Positions 25,435 to 32,000 of a stretch of 32,000 nucleotides of DNA are shown here, in pieces. Source of the DNA: Dickeya solani IPO 2222 (lineage in GTDB: Bacteria; Pseudomonadota; Gammaproteobacteria; Enterobacterales; Enterobacteriaceae); NCBI RefSeq assembly GCF_001644705.1, contig NZ_CP015137.1:720001-752000 (forward strand). Direction: 5' to 3'. Position numbers and translations under genes: made by a program. The notes under the pieces are model-generated. The model did not search any database. It saw nothing but the letters and a program-made list of their open reading frames with translations, and was not told the origin of the DNA. The stretch's first letter is position 1, and the number at the start of each line of letters is the position of its first letter.

Positions 25435-25773
25435 ATTTCCTCCTTTTTATTTACTATCCCGTCAAAAAGATCCGCCGACAACGATGCAGCCATGAATATA
25501 AGTTCAATAAAAATGAACTTGTATTTATCCCGATTTATCAGCCAAAAAATAGAGAATATAAATAAACAAAAACAGCGACTTAAACAAAAAAAGCAAAGAT
25601 TAAAATTTAATTTCCTGCTTTTTAATGACAAGAATTGTGATTTTCTCTGCATTAATTTTATGTACGCCGACGTGACCACAGCACGCCATCACCGTCTTAT
25701 CCCGTGCGCTGTTCGTGGCGGCGGGCATCAGCCAGCGTAAATGCGGTGATCCTGTCAACAAGGAGACGATGTG

Positions 25774-25980
25774 ATGAAGGTTTTACTGGTTTATGCCCCG
25801 CTGGCTCAACGGTTCGCTGAAAAACGTAGTCGTCAGCCATCGGGAAAGCGCCGGACATCAGCTTCAGGTATCCGACCTGTACGCCAGGGAGCACTCGGAA
25901 ACACACAGGGGGGATCGCTACGGGGAAGGGTCAATGCGCGGCAAGCTGCTGGTCACTACCGGCGGCTGGGAACCGCGACG
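25774..25980 (+). pseudogene. Decayed flavodoxin-like-fold NAD(P)H (quinone) dehydrogenase (KefF/NQO-type) remnant
   Basis: A good start (AAGGAG-N8-ATG) gives MKVLLVYA. Homology then continues in the +1 frame (LNGSLKNVVVSH.ESAGHQ.QVSDLYA) and jumps after about 20 aa to GKLLVTTGG. Only about 70 of about 190 expected residues remain, so there is a frameshift plus internal and 3' deletions. Confidence 0.6.
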
Positions 25981-26023
25981 CCACGGACGCGGTCAGCCAC
26001 AATCAACGCCGCCACGTTGTCCG

Positions 26024-26416
26024 TTACGGCGCCCGGTGATACACCGCTTCGATGTTGTAACCGTCTGGGTCACGGACGAAAGCGGCGTAGTAATCAGGGT
26101 GGTATTTCGCGCGCACGCCGGGCTGGCCGTTATCTTCACCGCCCGCCGCCACCGCCGCGGCGAAAAACGCATCCACCTCCGCTCTCGACTCGGCGCTGAA
26201 GGCAAAATGCACCGGCGGACGCGACGTCACCTCGCCCTGAAAAATCCAGAATTCGCCGCCCGGATCGGAAGACAAGCCGTACCCCATCAACACGCCGAAG
26301 CTGACGGCGAATTTCATGTCTTTGACCTGCTCATACCCTAATGGCTTGAGCGCCTGTTCATAAAACCGCCGGCTACGCTGCAGATCCGACACCGGAATAC
26401 TCAAATGATCCAGCAT
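26024..26416 (-). CDS. VOC-family (glyoxalase/bleomycin-resistance/dioxygenase fold) protein
   Basis: MLDHLSIPVSDLQRSRRFYEQALKPLGY and FVRDPDGYNIEAV are classic VOC termini. Confidence 0.85.
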   Translation of the reverse strand: MLDHLSIPVSDLQRSRRFYEQALKPLGYEQVKDMKFAVSFGVLMGYGLSSDPGGEFWIFQGEVTSRPPVHFAFSAESRAEVDAFFAAAVAAGGEDNGQPGVRAKYHPDYYAAFVRDPDGYNIEAVYHRAP

Positions 26417-26736
26417 GTTCCCTCCCTCTGGCGTTTGAATTCTGTGGTTTTCCGTCCGTTCGCATCACGTTCGCGGGACGGAATGACCAACATAATCGCG
26501 TTGCCGGCGGAAAAAGATGATCCAGATCTATAAGCTAACGCTTAGTTATTCATTAAAAGTGATTTTTTATTGGCTCGCATCAACGTGAAACCGCTATCAA
26601 ATCGCCGGGTAATAATAAGACGAAGAAAATAAATACCGCGCTATTGTCCATCATCCTCACCAGGTTTATTTCCCCCTTCGCCGATAAAATCATCGCTCCA
26701 ATTCACAATTCACACTTAGGTGTTATGGAGTCAACA

Positions 26737-27444
26737 ATGCCAATCAATGGCTGGTATACCGGTGATGCTGATAATGTGATGGATAATGGCAATATCAATG
26801 GCTGGGCGGATCAATCAGGCCAGGCATTTGGTAACAATCTGGGTGGCGGCGTACATAATTACCAGTTTGGCCCCGTCATTAACCACTATGGAACCTGGGG
26901 CCAACTGATTTATATCAATCAGGTAAGTTTAGCCGCCCCGGACTGGAATAACCCCGTCGGCCTGAATGGCTGGATGCCGGTAAACCCCGCGCCGGACAAC
27001 TCAATTTGGATTCAGGGTCATCTGGTCAATGGCGAATGCGGCGGACAAAGCAACCACGCCGCCTATCTGACGCCAATATCCCATAACGTCAACATGTGGC
27101 ACGCAGGATATGAAGCGGTGTTACAGAGACTGGTTAATCGGGGAGCCGCTACTGGCGTCACTGTCTCGCAATTTAACCCCCACGGCCTCGCCAATTGCCG
27201 GATCATTTATCGTACTCAGGGATTACCGCCGCGCGCTGGCAGCCAGGTGCCCGATGGTATTTGCGTCAGCCTCGGCATCGTCATCAATGGGGTAATGAAA
27301 AACGAGGCGGAAGTCGCACAGGAGTTTGCGCATGGCGCAGGTGGACTGCGCTGGTTTGCTGACCGCTACTATACGTCGTCGGGTAAAGATGATCGTAACA
27401 AAATCATTGAAATGATTGGGGGGACACTGGTTCAGTATCCCTAA
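26737..27444 (+). CDS. Hypothetical protein with a His-Me-finger (Endonuclease_NS_2-like) nuclease motif
   Basis: The ATG at 26737 sits 7 nt after GGAG. QGHLVNGECGG-x8-YLTPISHNVNMWHAGYE resembles the GH..GG..N.xP....N...W...E core of beta-beta-alpha-Me nucleases. This is recognition from memory only. No signal peptide. Confidence 0.6.
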   Translation: MPINGWYTGDADNVMDNGNINGWADQSGQAFGNNLGGGVHNYQFGPVINHYGTWGQLIYINQVSLAAPDWNNPVGLNGWMPVNPAPDNSIWIQGHLVNGECGGQSNHAAYLTPISHNVNMWHAGYEAVLQRLVNRGAATGVTVSQFNPHGLANCRIIYRTQGLPPRAGSQVPDGICVSLGIVINGVMKNEAEVAQEFAHGAGGLRWFADRYYTSSGKDDRNKIIEMIGGTLVQYP

Positions 27445-27484
27445 AAAAGCATCCTGATACGCATGCCGAAATGGGAACTGAACG

Positions 27485-27518
27485 CGAATGTATCCACACT
27501 TATCGGTGGATACATTCG
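27485..27518. terminator. Perfect 13-bp stem-loop between convergent genes (bidirectional terminator candidate)
   Basis: CGAATGTATCCAC-ACTTATCG-GTGGATACATTCG. Confidence 0.55.
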
Positions 27519-27534
27519 GGGTCAGGCATGGCGA

Positions 27535-28326
27535 TCACCCTTCGTGCGTTGTCGTATTGTCATAACCCAGGCGGCCGATAAACGGCAAACGCAGCGCCGG
27601 CGGGTTGAAATCCACCCCCAGGCTGGCCCCCAGAATGTTGACTTCAACGCCCTCTTCCACACCCAGCGTCAGGCCCAGTACGCCCAGCAGCGAAACCTGC
27701 ACGCCTCTTCCCGAAGGCGGCAACCCGATCGGATGCGTTAACGCCCGAAAATCCTTACCGATGGCGTTGGCCGGCAGATCCAGCTTCAGTTCCGGCACTT
27801 CCCGGCCGATATGCGCCATAAACGTATTGCTGTTGGGGCCGGGCCAGGCGCGATACGTGTGCGGCCAGGGGTAACTGTCGATCGCCGCCTCTATCTTCGG
27901 GATCATCGCTGCCGCGCTCGCCCCGCGGTGTTCAACCAGTAACCGCGGCGCTGAGCCGAACCAGAATCCATCAGGGACAGTGTAATTGCGGCGAATAACA
28001 TCATCGCCGCCCCAGCCGATCACCTCGTAACGCTGGTAGCGGGTTTCCCCGGCTTTTTTGACGATGATCCAGGGATGAACCGCTACCAGTCCGCGCCAGC
28101 CGTACGTCGGTGCGGTATACACCTGCACGATCGCCGTATCGCGCAGCGCCGCCGGATCTGGCGCCACACCGGCCGAATCACGCCGCGACGCCCAGAGGCT
28201 TTTTCCGGAAAAGCGATCTCCGCTCCACGTCGCCTGCGCCAGGCTCTGCCCAAACGACAGGATCAACACGCCGATAAACACGAGTCCCAACATCCTGAAG
28301 CTGTTCATCAATTCGGTTTGCTCCAT
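27535..28326 (-). CDS. DUF3750-family membrane-anchored protein, function unknown
   Basis: N-terminal TM (FRMLGLVFIGVLILSF) and the block YTAPTYGWRGLVAVHPWIIVKKAGETRYQRYEVIGWG, which I recall as DUF3750. Start uncertain (28326 or 28308). Confidence 0.7.
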   Translation of the reverse strand: MEQTELMNSFRMLGLVFIGVLILSFGQSLAQATWSGDRFSGKSLWASRRDSAGVAPDPAALRDTAIVQVYTAPTYGWRGLVAVHPWIIVKKAGETRYQRYEVIGWGGDDVIRRNYTVPDGFWFGSAPRLLVEHRGASAAAMIPKIEAAIDSYPWPHTYRAWPGPNSNTFMAHIGREVPELKLDLPANAIGKDFRALTHPIGLPPSGRGVQVSLLGVLGLTLGVEEGVEVNILGASLGVDFNPPALRLPFIGRLGYDNTTTHEG

Positions 28327-28409
28327 GAAAAACGAAGGAAATAAAAAAAGGAAATGTATCCGCTGAACAGCGGCAATCGCGGGCGGACCCGCCATTCACC
28401 GCGCCAGCG

Positions 28410-28805
28410 TCACGCGAGGCCCTTCTCCCGCCTGGCATCCATAATCTTCCAGAGATTGAGTTCGATCCAGTCGGTAAGTGTACTGATGTGCTCAGACACC
28501 TCGCGTCCCAGAGGCGTCAGGCTATATTCCACATACGGCGGCACGACAGGATGGGCATAGCGCAGGATAAAGCCATCCTCTTCCAGCCGTCTTAGCGTCT
28601 GCGTCAGCATTTTTTCACTCACGCCGGTGGCTTTCCGTCGCAGTTCGCTAAACCGCAGGGTGCCCTCACGCAATCCAATCAGGCACAGCACGCCCCAGAG
28701 ACTACTCACATGCTTGAGTACCTCCCTCGAAGGGCAATCTACCGTAAATAATTCGCCAAGCTTGACCCTTTCGGTCAATGGCTTTCCTGACATCGGCTGC
28801 GACAT
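28410..28805 (-). CDS. HxlR-family winged-helix transcriptional regulator
   Basis: CPSREVLKHVSSLWGVLCLIGL..GTLRFSELRRK..GVSEKMLTQTLRRLEEDGF..R......PPYVEYSLTPLG is the HxlR signature. Confidence 0.88.
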   Translation of the reverse strand: MSQPMSGKPLTERVKLGELFTVDCPSREVLKHVSSLWGVLCLIGLREGTLRFSELRRKATGVSEKMLTQTLRRLEEDGFILRYAHPVVPPYVEYSLTPLGREVSEHISTLTDWIELNLWKIMDARREKGLA

Positions 28806-28834
28806 CTTCCGCTCCCGCTACGTTGTATCTTCAT

Positions 28835-28860
28835 AAGCACTTACCTTTAGGTATGTACTT
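28835..28860. promoter_or_regulatory. Imperfect inverted repeat in the HxlR/dehydrogenase divergent promoter region (candidate HxlR operator)
   Basis: AAGCACTTACC-TTTA-GGTATGTACTT, with 9/11 arm complementarity. Confidence 0.35.
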
Positions 28861-28959
28861 CCCAAAAGAGAGTATAGCCACTAGCATTTCGGAATTGAAG
28901 CCCGCGTCCCCCGATGTTCCCGGTACATTCCCGGCAATTAAGTAAGGAGTTTATATACG

Positions 28960-29967
28960 ATGAAAGCTATTCAAGTACGCGCCCCTGGTGGGCTTGACCG
29001 ACTGGAACTGATCAACCTGCCCGATCCCGGCGCGCCGGGAGCCGGTCAGATCCGGGTACGTATCCACGCCAGTTCATTGAACTACCACGATCTGGGGGTC
29101 GCCACAGGTCATATGCCGACGGCCGATGGCCGGATCCTGATGTCGGATGGCGCCGGCGTGGTTGAAGCGATTGGAGCTGGCGTTAGCGAGTTTTCCGTGG
29201 GTGACCATGTAGTTTCCACCTTCTTCCCCACCTGGCTGAACGGCGACCCGCTGACCGCCGACTTCTCCGGTGTACCGGGAGATGGTATCGATGGTTATGC
29301 CGCCGAGGTGGTCGTACGCGCGGCCGAGGCATTCACACTGGCGCCCAAAGGCTACAGCCATGTCGAAGCCGCCACGCTGACAACGGCGGGGGTGACGGCA
29401 TGGCGCGCATTAGCCGTCAACGGCGCCATCAAGGCGGGCGATACCGTTCTCGTGCTGGGCACCGGCGGCGTGTCAATCTTCGCGGTGCAGTTGGCCAAAG
29501 CAGCCGGCGCGACGGTGATCGCCACCTCGTCATCCGACGAGAAACTCAGTCGTGTTAGCGCGCTGGGAGCGGACCATCTTATTAATTACCGTGACGAAAC
29601 GCAGTGGGGCCAGAAGGTGCTGGATATCACCGCCGGACGCGGTGTTGACCACGTCATTGAGGTCGGCGGCCCGGGTACGCTGGCTCAGTCGATTACGGCG
29701 TGCCGCGTTGGCGGTCATATCGCATTGATTGGAGTGTTAACGGGGGCTGCCGGACCCGTACCGACGGCGACACTGGTTGTTCGCCAGCAGCGTCTTCAGG
29801 GGCTGATTGTCGGCAGCCGCACACATCAGCAGGATTTTGTCCGGGCGCTGGAGAATACCGGCATCCGACCTGTCATCGACAACGTTTTCCCACTGGAAAA
29901 TATCGCCGAGGCATTCCGCCTGCAACAGGCTGGCGGACACTTCGGCAAAATCTGTCTGGAATATTGA
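28960..29967 (+). CDS. Medium-chain (zinc-type) NAD(P)-dependent dehydrogenase / quinone oxidoreductase family
   Basis: AAGGAG Shine-Dalgarno, GroES-like N-domain and Rossmann VLVLGTGGVSIFAVQLAKAAGA. Divergent from the HxlR gene, which is a common pairing. Confidence 0.88.
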   Translation: MKAIQVRAPGGLDRLELINLPDPGAPGAGQIRVRIHASSLNYHDLGVATGHMPTADGRILMSDGAGVVEAIGAGVSEFSVGDHVVSTFFPTWLNGDPLTADFSGVPGDGIDGYAAEVVVRAAEAFTLAPKGYSHVEAATLTTAGVTAWRALAVNGAIKAGDTVLVLGTGGVSIFAVQLAKAAGATVIATSSSDEKLSRVSALGADHLINYRDETQWGQKVLDITAGRGVDHVIEVGGPGTLAQSITACRVGGHIALIGVLTGAAGPVPTATLVVRQQRLQGLIVGSRTHQQDFVRALENTGIRPVIDNVFPLENIAEAFRLQQAGGHFGKICLEY

Positions 29968-30172
29968 TGACAGTATAGCGACACCCTATGAGCGACCGGC
30001 CCAAAACAACGCGGGCGGTTTCTTTGAATTGACCAGCTGCTGGCGCTGCCTGTCGCCAGAAGCCCTCATGCCTGGCTCCCTGAACACCCTGGTGAGTGCT
30101 GAAGATGGCTTGACACTGAGCGCAACAACATGGTTGTATTATGCAACTATATTTGCGGGGGAGATTCTGGAA

Positions 30173-31171
30173 ATGAATATTGATCCATCGCTGGTTGAAG
30201 AGATTCGTGCCGCCTCGCGCACAATGGTTCGTGAACTGGGCTTCATGAGCGAAACACTGGCCGCCACCGACTATTCTCCGTCTGCTGTGCATACCCTGCT
30301 TGAAATTGAGAAGCAAGGCGCCATGACAGCGGCGCAACTTGTGCAGACGCTGGGTCTGGAAAAATCCAGTGTGAGCCGGATGTTGGGCAAACTCATCAAA
30401 GCAGGAGAAATCACCGAAGCCGCTGGCGACGAAGATGGCCGCATCAAGCAGTTATTCCTGACTGAGCAGGGAAAACGCACGGTCAGTGAGATTCATGCTT
30501 ACGGCCATATGCAGGTCACCACCGCCATGCAGCACCTAAATCCATCGCAACAACACACCGTGACTCAGGGGCTCACCACCTACGCGCAGGCGTTAAAAAT
30601 GTGCCGTCTGGGCATATCTGAAGCCCCACCCAGCACCATTACCGTCAGCGCAGGTTACCGACCCGGACTGATCGGCCGGGTCGCCGAAATGCACGCGGCC
30701 TTCTATTCCCGGCACTCCGGGTTCGGGCAGTTTTTTGAAAGTCAGGTCGCTGCCGGTATCGCTGAGTTCGCCAGTCGCCTGAACGAACCCTGCAATGGTA
30801 TCTGGGTGGCGACCCAGAATGATCGCATTGTGGGTTCAGTCGCGATTGACGGGCAGGATCTGGGCAACAACAACGCGCATCTGCGGTGGTTCATTCTGGA
30901 CGATGGATGCCGCGGCGGCGGCGTAGGCCGTCGGCTGCTTACCGAAGCGATGGCTTTCTGTGACCAGTCTGGATTTGCCACGACACAACTCTGGACCTTC
31001 AAAGGTCTGGATGCGGCGCGCAGACTGTACGAATCCTTTGGTTTTGAAATGGTCAACGAGGAACAAGGGAGCCAATGGGGAAGAACCGTCACCGAGCAAC
31101 AATTCATCCGCCGCGGCGTCAGTCTCCCTGAAACTCGGACCATTCACGGTTCCATCGCCACAGAATCGTAA
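30173..31171 (+). CDS. MarR-type HTH fused to a GNAT N-acetyltransferase domain
   Basis: The ATG at 30173 follows GGGGGAG. MarR wHTH (MTAAQLVQTLGLEKSSVSRMLGKLIKAGEI) precedes a GNAT motif A (RGGGVGRRLLTEAMAF). The ORF-track start at 29807 overlaps the upstream gene. Confidence 0.85.
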   Translation: MNIDPSLVEEIRAASRTMVRELGFMSETLAATDYSPSAVHTLLEIEKQGAMTAAQLVQTLGLEKSSVSRMLGKLIKAGEITEAAGDEDGRIKQLFLTEQGKRTVSEIHAYGHMQVTTAMQHLNPSQQHTVTQGLTTYAQALKMCRLGISEAPPSTITVSAGYRPGLIGRVAEMHAAFYSRHSGFGQFFESQVAAGIAEFASRLNEPCNGIWVATQNDRIVGSVAIDGQDLGNNNAHLRWFILDDGCRGGGVGRRLLTEAMAFCDQSGFATTQLWTFKGLDAARRLYESFGFEMVNEEQGSQWGRTVTEQQFIRRGVSLPETRTIHGSIATES

Positions 31172-31334
31172 CAGGAACGGTTCTGACTAATGAACGGCTC
31201 TGTCCCGTGGTCGGTGGTCTACAGGCTTTCTGCTGAATGCTGATTACCGGTTTTCGCGCGGCGTGGGTCGTTGCATTGCTGTTTGCGATTCAGGACATGC
31301 CGGGATGCTATTTCTATAGCAGAAACATGATGGG

Positions 31335-31365
31335 ATACGAGCCAAAGCATGGCTCTGGCTCGTAT
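31335..31365. terminator. Stem-loop between convergent genes
   Basis: ATACGAGCC-13 nt-GGCTCGTAT. An alternative inner stem is GAGCCA/TGGCTC. Confidence 0.35.
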
Positions 31366-31373
31366 TTCAACAC

Positions 31374-32000
31374 TTAATTAATAACGCCCAGATCTGCTGG
31401 CTTGGGATATAGCATCATCCACCTGCCACTATCATCGTTAACGCCTGTTGCTGTGGCTGAAATCTGATAAGTATCAGCATTCATAACAACATAGCGTCCA
31501 TTGGACAACGCCTGCAACGTACCATTGCCATTACCGGAATCACTATAGGAAAAGGTTTCACTACTGGTTATGTTATCGGCAGAAGCGAGTAAGTTGCCAT
31601 TAGCCGTGACTGACAAGTATTTCCCGGTCTGTATTGAGCGGAAGGCAAAGCTATTTTTAGTGAGATACACCGCTTGAAGGCCGCTTGCAACGGACGGATT
31701 TACGCCATTCACGGTAATCGGAGATGACGCACTGATAACTGTAGCCAGCGTTCCGGTGTTATCCTCGTTTAGAGATTTTTTTACCGATTGCAGAACTATA
31801 TACATAGTGCTTGATGTGGAAGAAGACGTAGCATTAATCAGCCCTTCATACGAAGGATGATCAAAATAGAATTTCCCTATTGGCATACGACTAATGACTT
31901 CTTTGGTATAAGGGAGTTTAGTTTCAGAGACGCCGGCAGCAGTGAATAAGCTCAAAATACTGCGATATATTGGCCGAAACTCTCCGCGGAAACGAGGAGA
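31374..32000 (-). CDS. AT-rich hypothetical protein, C-terminal part, with beta-trefoil/fascin-like repeats; 5' end lies beyond the window
   Basis: The frame stays open to nt 32000, and the ORF-track TTG at 31955 is probably internal. Repeated G.YL......G.L.A........F pattern (FRSIQTGKYLSVTANGNLLASADNITSSETF; LSNGRYVVMNADTYQISA). Confidence 0.55.
   Translation of the reverse strand, partial: SPRFRGEFRPIYRSILSLFTAAGVSETKLPYTKEVISRMPIGKFYFDHPSYEGLINATSSSTSSTMYIVLQSVKKSLNEDNTGTLATVISASSPITVNGVNPSVASGLQAVYLTKNSFAFRSIQTGKYLSVTANGNLLASADNITSSETFSYSDSGNGNGTLQALSNGRYVVMNADTYQISATATGVNDDSGRWMMLYPKPADLGVIN

Noticed and set aside
17022-25694. Short similar strings near both borders of the AT-rich block as att-like direct repeats (CCATCACGGT at 17022 and CCATCACCGT at about 25687)
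   Set aside because: Only 9/10 nt match, which is well within chance for a 32-kb window, and no integrase or tRNA is present to support site-specific insertion.
25431-25740. Two ~82-aa ORFs in the very AT-rich tract upstream of the RraA-like operon
   Set aside because: The products are low-complexity Lys/Phe/Ile-rich translations of A/T runs and the two ORFs overlap each other on opposite strands. The region is better read as a promoter/curved-DNA region.
27463-27741. 92-aa ORF downstream of the nuclease-like gene as a possible immunity protein
   Set aside because: Most of it lies antisense to the DUF3750 gene. It is Arg/Gln-rich and begins inside the 13-bp terminator-like stem-loop region.
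29807-30172. N-terminal extension of the MarR-GNAT ORF, and the baeR ORF extension 1151..1255
   Set aside because: Both overlap the 3' ends of the preceding genes, lack homology-like sequence, and have better internal starts with Shine-Dalgarno motifs.

Overview
The window looks like enterobacterial chromosome, probably Pectobacteriaceae/Dickeya-like, but that attribution is a low-confidence guess from composition. The left third is a conserved backbone that follows the E. coli order as I recall it: baeS (5'-truncated), baeR, a yqjG-type glutathionyl-hydroquinone reductase, yegQ(trhP) and the CRP-dependent sRNA CyaR, with psiE placed convergent to CyaR. From 5.5 to 12.3 kb there is a carbohydrate-like locus. 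It holds a Hyi-family TIM barrel, an operon of a YegT/NupG-type transporter, a xylose-isomerase-like TIM barrel and a Gfo/Idh/MocA oxidoreductase, a LacI-family regulator, and a secreted TIM-barrel protein. A perfect palindrome, GTAATCGATTAC, occurs three times at the two promoter regions. A 17-bp x 9 tandem array lies just upstream of the operon. thiD-thiM with a clear TPP riboswitch follows. The most interesting part is 14.5-25.7 kb. It contains a tightly packed minus-strand operon (SAM methyltransferase, NodU/CmcH carbamoyltransferase, an atypical 505-aa Gfo/Idh/MocA-like protein, an MFS exporter, a PatB/MalY PLP enzyme) with a divergent LysR regulator. Next to it is an operon of an ACS-type MFS transporter and two RraA-fold paralogs. 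Most of this segment is markedly AT-richer than its flanks, and the composition switches exactly at an in-frame 21-bp tandem repeat. The right end carries a decayed flavodoxin-like pseudogene, a VOC protein, an orphan protein with a His-Me-nuclease-like motif, DUF3750, an HxlR/MDR-dehydrogenase pair, a MarR-GNAT fusion and an edge-truncated beta-trefoil-like ORF. No IS element, integrase, tRNA, rRNA or CRISPR array was seen.
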